DNA of 64,000 nucleotides from Naegleria gruberi (Eukaryota). Positions within the stretch are counted from its first letter, which is position 1; every line of letters begins with the position of its first letter. The stretch lies in NCBI GenBank assembly GCA_000004985.1, contig GG738873.1; one strand, given 5' to 3'. A program made the translations under genes and the position numbers. The notes beneath the pieces were generated by a model, which saw nothing but the letters and a program-made list of their open reading frames with translations, ran no database searches and had not been told where the DNA came from. This document shows positions 34,977 through 47,867 of this stretch, piece by piece.

Positions 34977-37228
34977 TTATTTGCATGAAGAGTTCTTACA
35001 TTGTTGTTTGAAGAAAACAGTTCCCTTCTCAATCAATGAAGAAACATATTCATCACTGGTTGGATACATTTTTGGCTTAATGAGAGATGAGACTTTGACT
35101 TGATGTCGAGGTTTTCCATAGAGATCAGCCAATGCTTCACTCGGTAATAAATACCATCTCAAGTGGCCGTACTTGGATTTGAAGCCATAGGTTTCTTCAT
35201 CTCCAAATAGTTTTGTAATTTCTTCCTCAAAATCCAAAGTAAAGTTATTATTCTTGACTAGCTCAACTGACTGATCGAGTAATTGTTGAGCATTTTGTAA
35301 AATATCGGCATAATTGTGTAATTTCTTTGGTTCTGAGGTAAATAATTGATTGAACTTTTCAACAAATTCCAATTGACCATTTTGGAAAGTCACATCTGTC
35401 AACTTCTTTCTGTGTTGTGTTAAAAACTTGGTGAAATTGGCATGAATTGGTGCTGAATTGGAATCGAAATTTCTGTGCATCCATTCGTTTGTCTTTTCAT
35501 TGAAAATATAATAAGGCAAAAACTTCCAACCATGCGTGGCCACAAAATCCATCGCATTAAGTATAAAGTCCACCATCTTGTCATCGAAAAAGTAATTGAA
35601 ATTCAATCGTATCCATCCAGGTTTCAAATGAACTAGTGAAATAGGACTCTTATACGATTCCAATAAGGCTCCCTCCAATTCGTGAACTTCCTCTTGTGAA
35701 ATACCGAGAATTTCCTCTCCATACGGACCTGCACAAGCACAGCCACTTCTCGTCTGAATTCCAAACAAATCATTCATGAGTAAACTAATGAAAGAGTGGT
35801 GCAAATAATAATCACCATGTTTGACTAGAAAGGAAAAGAAGGCCAATCTATCAACTCCTCCCATTGATGCTTTCTTGACCTGGTCCTAGAATGTGTAAAT
35901 TTGGATTCCTACTCAAGAAATCAAAAGCCCTCTGTCTGTAATTCTCCTCAATTTTTGTAATCAATTCAGCTCCAACATCTTGTTTCAATTTGAATGCCAA
36001 GGCACATCGAATTGAGCCAATAATATCTGGAGTGCCTCCTTCCTCACGTTCCTCAATGATATTGGTATAACTATGATTGTTGGCATCAACAAAATAGACA
36101 GTTCCACCAGCTGGTCTATTTGGAGTCTCTGGAAATACAATTTCAGTCAACTACTAGAGGAAAATTTCAATACTACTTACTATTTTGGAATAGTTTCTTC
36201 TTGGCAACTAAAACACCAGGTGTTCCAGGGCCTCCAATAAACTTGTGTGGTGAAATAAAGATGGCATCTTTCTGATACATTGGATCATTTCTTGGATTCA
36301 TGTCAATTGGAACGTATGGAGCTGCTCCAGCATAATCAAAAAAGCACAATGCTCCAAATTCATGACTTAACTTTGAAATTCGATCACAATCTGTCAAAAC
36401 TCCGGTAACATTTGAACCAGCACTGAATGAACATATCAAAACTCGTTTTCCATTCTTGTACTTTTTCAAACATTCTTCCAAATATTCAAAATTCACATTT
36501 CCAAACTTGTCTTCAATAATTTGCACCACAATGGCTCCAACTTCTCTCCACGGCAAAATATTACTATGATGTTCATACGGTGATATAAACACAACAGGAA
36601 TCTCTTCATGACCACTAGCATTCTGAACTAGTTCTCTAATACCAATACAATGTACCAATGTTGAAATAGCCGAAGTACTTCCACTTCCTTGAAATAAGAC
36701 AACATCCGAATCTTCACCACCACTCAATCTTGCATTCACACATTCAGCAATAATTCTCCTAGCATCCTCTCTGAAATGAGTTGTCTGAAATCCACTAAAC
36801 GATGAAGTAGTATGTGTATTTGCATAGGTAGGTAAAACTTCCTCAAACAAATAATCTTCAATGAATTTGAGTGGTTTTCCAGAGGCAATATAATCACAAT
36901 AGGTTAGTGGAAGAAATCTATTTTCCTCAAATGGAGTTCTAAAGACTGCTTCACTTCCAATGATATTTTCATGAATATTCTTGATGAGGGAAACCTTGCT
37001 TTTCACAGTTTGCTTTCTGACACTTTCCTTTTCAAATTGTAAAGTTTCGTCTATTATCTTTTCTAATAACTTGTATTCGATAGAGTGTTCATCAAATGGT
37101 CGACTACTTCTTTGAGCCATCGTTCTCTTTGGACGAGTTAGTACAAGTGTCTTTTTGAACTTTTCAATTTCTTCGTCTGCATTCACCTTACGTGAGGATG
37201 ATGTAATTGTAATTTGTTTGTTTCCCAT
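34977..37228 (-). CDS. class V aminotransferase / cysteine desulfurase-like PLP enzyme; minus-strand exons 37228..36181, 36128..35880, 35854..34977 (last junction uncertain)
   Basis: A PLP-lysine context SPHKFIGGPGTPG is present. A 52-nt GTAAGT..TTTCCAG intron (36129..36180) restores ...LFQN|K|TPNRPAGG. RSGCACAGPY resembles the SufS R.GHHCA.P site. ORFs 35851..36150 and 34977..35864 are offset by one frame; see findings. Confidence 0.75.
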
Positions 37229-37977
37229 TTTTTTATGTGGTTGAAATTGTTGAATGTTGTGTGGTTCAATTTAAAGCAGTGAGCCGTTATGTGTTCCAAG
37301 TACTAATTTCTTGGTCGGTATGGATAAATTTGGACAGGTTACCTTAAAAAATAACAAGTGCTCTCTCATTGTAGTTCAAGTGGAACAACTGCCCAGTTCT
37401 ATCACTGTTGTAATCTAATGAAAATGTTCCTAGAGTGAAAATTCATTCTATGAAAGGTTGGGAGAACTCGAAAAATAGTTCGGTGCAGTGAATATGGGTA
37501 TTTCAATATGATCTCAATAGAAGATAGAGCCGGTTCAAGTTGAAAATGATTTTACGAAAGTGGTGGAATAACTTATTTTCTTTTTCTACCTCTTTCTACC
37601 TTGGTTTTCTATTAATCTCTTTCTCTTCTTTTTCATTTCTAGTTTGATTTTAGCATCATCATTCCCTAAATTGGCTTCATACCATGAAATGGCCATTTCT
37701 CTAACACTTTCTTCTTCACAAAGCATATCACCTAAGGCAATTTGAGCATCCTTATCATTGGCACTAGCTAATTTCTCCAGTAAGTTATAGGACTTCTCGT
37801 ATGATTGGTGAACTCCATTTCCTTCATAATGTAAATTTCAAACGATTGTTCGACACCATCGATCTCCTAGTTTTGTTTGAGCTTCATTGTCTCCGTCATT
37901 AGTTGGCTCCTTCAATCAGTTCAATAGTGATATCCACGAAAAAGAATACAGATCTGAAAAGATAATTTTTAATTAGA

Positions 37978-40900
37978 TCATCTTCTCCTTCTTCTTAATT
38001 GGTCAAAAACTGAATTATTCAAAATATCCTGTGCTTGAGGTCTGATGGCACTGTCCTTTTCCAACATTGATAAAGTCAAGTCAATGATATATTGAGAATA
38101 TTGACCAGGCTCTTCCATTTTCTTCTTTAATAATTGTGAAACTTCCTTTTGATCCTTAGTGACATAGAGTTGACTAATTGATGTAAAAGTGTCCTTAGTT
38201 ATTATTTGATAAATAGTTACACCTAAACTGTAAATATCAGTGTTATAGAAATACTTGCCACCATATCCCAATTCTTTAAAAAACAATTTAAAATTAATGT
38301 CAGTTATCTCTTAATTACTTACCAGGTGACATGAATAGAGGAGTGCCAGCATATGAATTATTGGTAGAACCTTGATTTGCTTTGGCCAATCCAAAATCTG
38401 CAATAACTATTTCAATATTATCCTTATCTAAACTCTTTACAAAAATATTGGATGGTTTGATATCTCTGTGGATGAGTTTCATTGAGCTGTGAATATAATC
38501 AAGAGCGCTACACATTTGGAAAATGATTTGCAATAATATCTGTTCTGAACATGTAGAATCATCTTTGGTCAATTGAACCAAATCTCCCAATTCATAAAAG
38601 TCCATATCAATACACAACAATTGATCCTTACTAATAAAAAAGTCATTAACCTTAAGAATATTTGAATGGTGAATATTCATCAATTGAGTTCCTTCCTTCA
38701 TAAAATTATTCAACTCCTCTGTTGATGTGTATTTGATTACTTTGATTGCCTTCATGGTGTTTGTTTTGGAATCAAAAGCTTTGAATACTGAACCAAAGGC
38801 ACCTTGACCAATTTTAACCAAGTCCATATATCTTGAGAGTGGATTGAAGGATTGACTGCTACCTCCAGTAGATGAGATACTAGTGAGAGGAGTCAAAAAC
38901 ATACTGGCATCTGATGGGAAATCACTTGATTGACCAAGCTCAATATTTTGAATAGTTTGAAGTTCGTACGCTTTTTGAGATTTTAATTTCCAAACACAAA
39001 CTGAAAATACCACTACAATAATAGCTATGATAATTATTGCAATCAACACAACTGGAATTGTAACACCAAGGATGATACCAAGAGTTTGATCATCAATGGA
39101 TCTGGGAATTGAGTTAGAAACATTAGGTGCATAATAATAAGCAAGTTCTTGAACTGTGAATAGAGATAAGTGATTAGTGACACATTCCAAATTGAAATAG
39201 AGTTTACCTTCCTCTCTTTTGACAATTGTCATTGATTGAGTCAAAATACCAGAATTAGACCAAGTTTGTTTCACTGAATCATAGTAACTGCATGAAATGT
39301 TAGTATCTGTCTTGTCATTTGTAAACAAATTATTGAACTTGATTGAAATTGGTTTTGTAAGGCCACTGACAGGTACTTGAGCTCCACTTTCTTGACTATA
39401 AATGGATAATTCAAAAATTGGTCTATTTTCAAGAATGTTATTTAGTGTGGTATCCTTCTTGATCAATGAAGAGCTGTAGAATAATTTGACATTGTTTGGA
39501 ATACTTAATTGAGAAGTAAAATCGGATGGGAAACTGGCCGAAACTTGAATAGTATCTTCAATCATTATAGAAATTTCCTTTCCATTCAATTGAGTTTCCA
39601 AATCCAGACTTTCAAGTGAATAAGTCCCCAATGTATTATTCGTAGTCAACCCACTCAACAATAAATATTTAACTTGATATCCTACAATGAGTGATTGTTT
39701 CTCTAATTTTGAGGAAAATCTCTTAATCAAAATAGATTGTAAATTTGATAGCTCAGTATAGTGAGTTTCGTCCAATAGAGTTAATCTTAATGCAGAAGTA
39801 TAGTACTGCTTGGATTTGTCCATTCCTGAATAAGTCCAATCAAGCCACTTTACAAGATTATCAGTCATGGAATTGATGGAATTTTCATCTTGTAAAGTGA
39901 GATCGAGAATTGAGAAAATATCACAAATTATTGGAAGGACCATTTGAATAAGTTTTTCATCGACTTTGGATGTCAAACTCTGTACATTATTTAGGAGTGA
40001 TAGCATTTCATTCAAATTGGAGTTTAGAGTTTGAATTTGAGAATTGGAAGTTTCGGTAAACAATCTTCCAGTGAAATTTTCAAAATTAGTTTCGTTTAAA
40101 AGGAGAATTGACATGAGGGAATTAATGGAATTGACAGTTTCAATCTTCAATGGTTCTACTCTTTTTAAAGTATAAAATTGATCATTTACATAATTCAGTT
40201 TAGACGAAATTGAGTTTGTAATCGAATTTGGAGCTTTCATTGTAATTGTTCTTGTAAGCGTTCCAATAGATCCATATCTATTGACAAGTTTTACAACGAG
40301 ATTTAAATCTGAACCATCTCTACTGAGTGGAAGTCTGGTTACAAGGTTTTTCTTTAGAGTGTTGGAAAGAATTGATATTCTTTCTCCTTGTTGAGAATGA
40401 ATTTCCATTACATAATTCGAAACTGGTTCTGAAGGTAAATTGAGACAAGAAATGGTCATGAAGCTTTCGAATGCATAATTAACAGCTTCGTTTCTTAAAT
40501 TGTAATAGGAACATGAAAATCTTGGAGTATTGTCAATTCTTGTGGAAAGTGAAATATTCGATTGACCAAACTCATTCCAAGTTGACAACTCAAATGAATA
40601 AAATTCACCATCAATCAAATATTCATTTCCAATATTCAACTCTGATGTAACAGAATTACCACCAACATTTCTAATGGTTTCTCTATTTCTCAAGAATTCG
40701 TCCACATTCTCACCCACTGCAACATTCAATCTTCCTTCCACCAATTTCCAACTTGTTGTAACACTAGAAGTAGAAGAAATAAGAGTCTTTAAAACCAATG
40801 GACGATGACTAGCATGAATAGGAGGTCTATAAGGGCTACTAAGTTTTGGAGCTTGAATGGATGAATCAGTCAACTTGATAAAACCAATGAAATTGTAAGG

Positions 40901-43900
40901 AATTGAAACGAACGAGTTGGTATAGTAAACTATTAAATTGATAGAGTACATTCCTTCAGATAAATTCAAAGATGCTGGATTAAAAGTCAACGATTGTTGA
41001 GTATTTTGACTTGTACATAAATTTGAAGAAATGGTCAACTTGGTCAAAGGATCAACTTGGAAACATGAATAAGAATAAGTGAAATAATCCTTAATAGTAA
41101 ATGTCGTAATGAATGGATCATCATTTTCAAATGTTATAGTAATGGCTCCATTTCTAATAGAATGTGTTCTATTGACTTGTGTCAAGACATGATCCAATCT
41201 GTCAAATGTTTTGTAATTGAAATAGTATGGAAGTGATAAACTTTCATATGTTTTCAAGTGTAATCCAACTACTTGTGCATTAGAATTGTATTCACTATCA
41301 ATTAGTTCATTATTATAAATGTTGACTAATCTAAACATTTGCTTTTGAAAAACTTCAGCATTTAAAAGACTGAAAAATCCAGAAAAAGTATACGAAATGG
41401 AACTATTCAATGAATTCAAGCTAGATTCTACAATACAATTATGTCCAACACATGAAAATGGAGCATCCTTAACATTATCTCCAAACCAAGTGAAAGAAGG
41501 TGGTAAACTCTTGAGATTTGGTTGAACTCTTGTAATATCTCTTGAACTAGTTGCATAATTTAACAAGTTGACTGAATCAAGTTTCAAAGTGAGTACTTTC
41601 AGATAAGAGGCATCCAATGGAATGGTATTTAACAAGGAAATTGGAATGTTGATAATTGACTTGTTGTTATATTGTAAAAGATGGGATGAAATAGTTTGAG
41701 GACAATTTTCACATGTCCACACACGTTGAACTCGTTTGAAGGAATGGTAATAGTCATCTGTGTTGGATCTAACAATCAAATCTTGACTTGGTGGGAGAGT
41801 GGTGAGTAAATCATTGATTGAGGAAACAAAACTTCTTCCTTTCATAATGTTTAAAGATTCAGTTGAGTTGACCATCAATGAAATGTTATATCTGCTATCA
41901 GAATCAAGTAAAATTATTGATCCATGTACAATTGAGTGATCATATCCGAGTAAAATCTTGAAATAAGAACTAGTCCACAAGCATTGAACAAAATCCTTCT
42001 CACCAAATCTTGACTGTTCGTCCAAATTCATAATTTGATCACATGAGAAAATACTACCTGCTTGTTTTGAAATATTGAGAATGTTACTGAATGGAGAATA
42101 GATTAAAGCATTAGGAACATCTAGAAGGACATGATGATGTTGACATTTGTTTCCAGCAAATCCTTCATTACATAAACAATTATCAATTCCAATACAGCTA
42201 CCTCTCGATGAGCAAACATTTGAATTATTGGAATAGAGACCAAAACAATTGCTGTGTTGACATTCCTCGCCTCCATATCCCGTGTTACAATTACATTGAT
42301 TTGGAGCTTGACATTTACCTCTTCCATAACATACAGAGCTAGAATTGGATAGAATTCCAAAACATGAAGTCAAGGAACAATCCTTCTCTTTCCAGCCCTG
42401 ATTACATGTGCAGTTATCATAGGAGCTACATTGACCATTACCTGAACAAATGTATGAAGTATTAGACGAAAGTACATTGTAACATTTTAAAAATTCACAT
42501 CTACTACCACCCCATTCTTTTGGACATTTACAATCACCAGGTCCATCACATGTTCCGTTGTTTTGACAAACACTAACTCCAACAGATTGACCAGCACAAG
42601 TAAAATCATCACAAAAAGCACCAAAATAACCTATTGAACATGTACAGTTATTGTAAAAGTTACAGACACCGTGTCCAGAACATACACCTGGAGATGTTTT
42701 CACAATTCCATTACAATTATATAATTCGCACTCATTGCCATAGTATCCAAATGGACAGGAACAATTATTGTAAGCTGTACATTGACCTCTTCCAGAACAA
42801 ACTGAAGAGTTGGAAACTGCCATACCAAAACATGTGAAATTCATGCATGCACTTCCAAAATATCCCTCCACACATGAACAATTGTTTGGTTTAATGCAAC
42901 TTCCATGAGAGGAACAAACAGATGGGTTGGTATTTCTAATTCCAAAACAATCAAACTGTTCACAATTAGTGCCATTGTAAAGAGCTGTGCAGTTACAATA
43001 GTTTGGAGATTGACATGTTCCTCCACCTGAGCAAACATTTGTGGCCTGGTAATTGACTCCATAACAATCAAATTCTTCACAATTAGCTCCATAATAATTT
43101 GTATTGTAACATGTACATTCCAAGCTTGTACTGTTAAAGTATTTCTGGCTACTTCCACAAGATTGGAAAGACATGAGTCGAATAACATTATTTCCAGTAT
43201 CTGCAATGTAGATTTCACCAGAATTTCCTAATGCTAATCCTTCAGGATCACTGAATTGAGTATTGAGAGCAGCCATGAAATCTGGAGAGCTTCCTTTAGA
43301 TCCTGTTCCTGCAAGAGTTGAAATCTTACCATTAGTAACCTTTCTAATTCTCTGATTTTCCTTATCAATGAAAATCAAGTCACCTGTCGAGGTCACTTCT
43401 ATGGCGCCAGGCTTGTTTAACGAAGCTGACAAGGCACTTCCTCCATCTCCTGAAAAACCAGCAATACCATTACCTGCCACTGTTGAAATAATTCCACTTT
43501 GTAAATCAATTTTACGAATTACATGATTGATATTCTCAGTAAAATACAGAGCTCCAGAATATAATGCTATTCCATCAGGACCATTTAATTTGGCATTGAC
43601 TGCCAAATTTCCATCTCCTGAATATCCTGCACTCCCTGTTCCAGCAATAATATAAACATCCAAACCATCAATTTTAAGAATCATATTGTGTAAATAATCT
43701 GTCAAGTAAATAATGACTTTGTTGGGGTCATTAATCATGACGAAATGATTACTAGTGAAACTAGCTAGGTTATAGGTTGTTGGTGATGAAATTGGACCTC
43801 CTGTACAAGAACCTGCAATAAGAGAAACTGTGTATCCAGAATCCACTCTCTTCACAGCACAATTATTCTCCAGAAAGAATATTTTAGAATCGACCTGTCG

Positions 43901-45298
43901 TTGTAAGCCATAGTTTGGAGTGGTAATAACAGGACCAGTGGTACTAGTTGCACTGGATGAAGTTGTTTGACCAATGATACCTGCAAGATTGGTAATTATT
44001 TTGGAGGAGAGATCAATACTTCTCACTGCATAACTATTGGAATCAGCAAGTGTCAACACTCCATTCAAATAATAAACACTTGTTGGTTTTGAAAGGAAGG
44101 CAGAAAGAGCAGGTATTCCACTACCAAATTGTTGACTACTTGTACCTGCTATAGTTGAAATGGTGGATGCTTGTCCATCAGACACTGTTGCCTTTCTTAT
44201 TCTATTATTTCCCAGGTCAGCAATGTAAATATTTCCATCGCCATACACAACATTTGATGGATTTGAAATGCAATTTGTGGCAGCCGACCCATCATTAAAA
44301 CCTGGTTGTAAATTAACACCCACAAACTCAGTAATGAGATAGGGACTTTGAATAATGTTTTTTCTCCTGATTGTGTGACCAAGTGAATTGCAAATATACA
44401 TGTATCCACTTGCAATAGTCAACCCTTGAGGTCTTATTAAATCGCTATTACCAACGACTTCAGATACAGTATTGGAAGACAGTTTACAAACTCGATCATT
44501 ATTAGTATCAGAAAAATAGAGATTGTAATCATCACTTGAGAAGAATACTCCATACGGTGAAGCCAATTTCAAATTTAATGGTGGTTGAGTCATGTCACTT
44601 GATCCACTCATACCAGCAATACCAACTACTCTAATCACCATTGGAGTGCTATCCAATTGAGTTATTTTACGAATTATATGATTACCAGTATCTGCAAAAT
44701 AAATCTCTGTATTTGCTGGATTAATTGTAATACCACTTGGACTACTCAACTTGGTTAGAAGAGCAATTCCATCCCCAGAAACATCTGCTACTCCAGTTCC
44801 AGCAATTGTTGTAATTGTACCATTCACATAAATTTTCCTAATACGGTGATTTCCAGTATCAGTAAATACAATGTCACCATTATTCATCAAAATTATGCCT
44901 CTAGGTTGATTAATTGCAGCATTGACAGCTGGACCACCATCTCCTGAGAAACTATTTGCCACGCCATTGCCAGCAATTGTTGTGATCTTTCCAGTTGAGT
45001 CAATCTTTCTAATTCTATTGTTTGATGTATCGCAAATGTACATTGGATAAATTGTGTTAGGTGTAATTGCAATACCAGATGGTCCTTTTAATGAAGAGGC
45101 AGTTGCTGGTAGATTATCTCCAACAACATTGCCGCCACCTGCCAAAGTTGTCATGTTAAAAATTGGCACCGAACAATGACTCTCAACACATGTCAAAACA
45201 AACACAACTGCTAGCAATAGAATGAAGGGAACTACAACCAGATTGTGTACGGACACATGCCTGTCCATGCGTGTGTGAGAGCGATGTGAAAGAGGCAT
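37978..45298 (-). CDS. receptor protein kinase: signal peptide, NHL-repeat beta-propeller region, ~10 EGF-like modules, large Cys/Asn-rich stalk, TM helix, Ser/Thr-type kinase; minus-strand exons 45298..38323 and 38273..37978
   Basis: It has a signal peptide, about 14 NHL-type repeats (G.G..G.SGDGG.A..A.LN.P.GI......Y..D..N..IRKI), Cx..C.C..G..G..C EGF-like repeats, a TM segment (ILGVTIPVVLIAIIIIAIIVVVF), and GxGxxG, VAIK-like, HRDIKPSN and DFGLAK kinase motifs. A 49-nt GTAAGT..TTTAAAG intron (38274..38322) rebuilds the APE motif as GTPLFMSP|E|LGYGG. Confidence 0.85.
42130..43200 (-). repeat. tandem EGF-like (C-x-C-x-x-G-x-x-G-x-x-C) coding repeats in the receptor kinase ectodomain
   Basis: Roughly 31-aa Cys-spaced units recur (CQSPNYCNCTALYNGTNCEQFDCFG ...). 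Confidence 0.6.
43200..45150 (-). repeat. NHL-type beta-propeller repeats (coding) in the receptor kinase
   Basis: GDGG.A..A.L..P.G.A and YIADT.NN.IRKI-like units repeat. Confidence 0.55.
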
Positions 45299-46417
45299 GT
45301 TTTTTATATGATGGAAATTTCTCTCTGTCTCAGTCCTGGGAGTCTGAAAAAGTAAAAGCTGATTCTTTCAACCGACAAACAAAATCACTAGGGTGACAGG
45401 TTGTTGGAGCCGCGGTTTTGAAAGTTGGAGAATTTCAACTGCATCATCTAGACATTATTTGAATAGTAGTGGTCATAGTAGGTTATGGAATTTGATGGAA
45501 TGTACATCATGATTTGGAAATTATTATTTTGAAAAATTCAAGATTTAGATCATTATCTGATCTTTCAATAACCATCACTATATTATTTATCATTATTCTA
45601 ATAGTATTAATATTTGTGAAAATTAATATTTTAGGGGAAGCGAACATTTTCACTAAAATCATCATCACTGCTTGATAATTTGGAAAACTTTTAATCTAGC
45701 ATTGTTCAGCATGGTCCATTTTGGATAAAATTGCTTCTGCTAATTTTCCTAATCGTTTTCAGTAATTATGTTATTTAGTAATATTTAATTATTATTTTCA
45801 ACATAAAATCACATCTCAACATGTACTTCATCATCTTCAAAACTTTCTTCGATTACTACTATTTAAATTGCTTATTAACAACATATTTATTGTCAGTGTT
45901 GCACCATTTGGTGAATTTCACAACTTGATATAATATTGATGACAACCTGATTCATTCCAAGACTACACAACTAATCATCTTCAATCATCTATTGAGTATT
46001 CATGTAGTGAGAGTTGTTGATGGTGATACAATTATTTGTAAGATGAATGATGGAGTGAATGAAAGGATTGGAGTGGACACACCCGAAACGGTTATTCAGT
46101 GATGGAATTATTAAAACATTGGTTTACAAAAGGAAAATGGAGGCAATGACTAAAAGGACAACAAAGAGACTAGAGAAAATTGGAGCAGAAAAACTCATTA
46201 CAGGAGTAGGAGAGAGGGAAGTATTATGTACATTATTAGGAATACTCATTACAGGATTAGGTGTAGGAGTACTCTTTTCAGGTGTAGGAGTGAGGGAAAT
46301 GAATTTGTTACCAAAATTGAGCTGCAGCAGACAAGTCAACAACCATTGGAGCATTCATAAATCCAGAGAATGTACTAGTAGCACAATCAATATCCAAATT
46401 GATCTTAATCTTCATGG

Positions 46418-47867
46418 TTAGACCTTTCCATTTTGACTAACTGGAACAACATCGAACGACAATTCATTTTCCAAGAGAATTCCCTTAATAACAGTTGATG
46501 GTCCAAGATTTTGGGTGGCATTAGAGAGGACAATAGTACCATTGGCAAACCATGATGACATATAACCAGTGTAAGAACCTTGAATTCTTTCCAAGAGAGC
46601 ACCAGGATAAGCTGGGGTAGCAACACTCTTACGGAGTTGTTCAATGATTGGAGTGAAAATAATTGGGGCATTCTTGAGAGCAATATTGTTAGCAACTGGA
46701 GAGTTCAATGAAGCCAAAGTGATCATTACAAAATCAAGTTCTGGAACAACCAATGGTTTGGCATTGTAGCCGTAAACAGAACCTCCCTTGGTCAAGTAGA
46801 ACAAGTTATTTTTGTCATCATACATGGTTTCAAAAGCACCCAAACCAATGGTGAATGTAGCATCGTTAGCCAAGAAGGTTGGCATGATGAATTGTCTCAT
46901 GGCATCCTTTGAAATTGGAACAGGGCACGCAGTGGCATTGTTAAGAGAGCTATAGGTGAAACAAGAGAAGAATTTTAACATATCATTAGCAGTACTGTAC
47001 ATGCCACTCTTGGGCCAACAACATGGTCAAATAATCTGGATCTCTACCAACAACCATCTTGGAAAGAATATCAGAAGAGTAATCAAATCCAGTGTTAGTC
47101 ATGCCCAACTTGTCGAAAATGTTAGTCTTACAGAATTCTCTGAATGATTTACCTGTAATCAATTCAAGAACTCCACCCAAAATGGTAAAGTCAACATTAC
47201 TGTAATAACGATCACTTATGGATGGAGCCATAAATTGCAACAAGTCAACTGTGGTCTTTCTGTATTCATCAAAAGTCATACTGCAATTATATGGATCACA
47301 AGGAGAAGTTCTAGACAAACCAGCACCGTGACTCATTAATTGTCTGAAAGTAATCTTGTTAGTTGCTGTCGTAAAGTACTTGTTAGTATATTGAAAGTCT
47401 TTAACATAGTTAGTGATTGGTTCATCAATACTCTTAATAAGACCCAATTCTTGAGCAATCAAAGCAGCCATACTGGTAAAAACTTTAGTGACAGAGGCAA
47501 CTCTAAAGATGGAATCGGCAGTTGGAGTTTCAGTTTCCTTACCCTTAGTACCAACTTGACCAACACCTTGGTTCATAACAACAGTATCTCTATATTTGGC
47601 AAGAATAATTCCGGATCCATTCTTTACACCATTGTCAACCAAAATAGATTTAACCATATTATTCTTGAGTTCTGTTAAAGCAGATTGAAGAGTTGAAACA
47701 TCAATTTCTGCAGATCTTGGAAGAATGTTACATTTAGGGTTTGCATCAGATGCCTTCAATACTCTGACTTGAGACTTGAGAGATCTAGCACTTGCCTTTG
47801 GATTGACATCAGAACTTATCTTAGTGTAAGCAACGAACCAATCAAGACCTGGCATCCAGAAGTACAA
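46418..47867 (-). CDS. beta-lactamase/transpeptidase-like serine hydrolase with C-terminal lipocalin-like domain; minus-strand exons 47867..47052 and 47008..46418 (43-nt intron proposed)
   Basis: It has SxxK (FRVASVTKVF), YSN, HGAG and GMYSTANDM motifs. Overlapping ORFs 46986..47867 and 46418..47002 differ by one frame. A GTTGGT..CCCAAG intron at 47009..47051 would give ...ILSKMV|SGMYSTANDMLKF. Confidence 0.7.

Noticed and set aside
46059-46421. 120-aa plus-strand ORF with GVGE repeats
   Set aside because: It starts at a non-ATG codon and overlaps both the SNase-like frame and a minus-strand PT-repeat frame. It is low-complexity and more likely UTR or intergenic.
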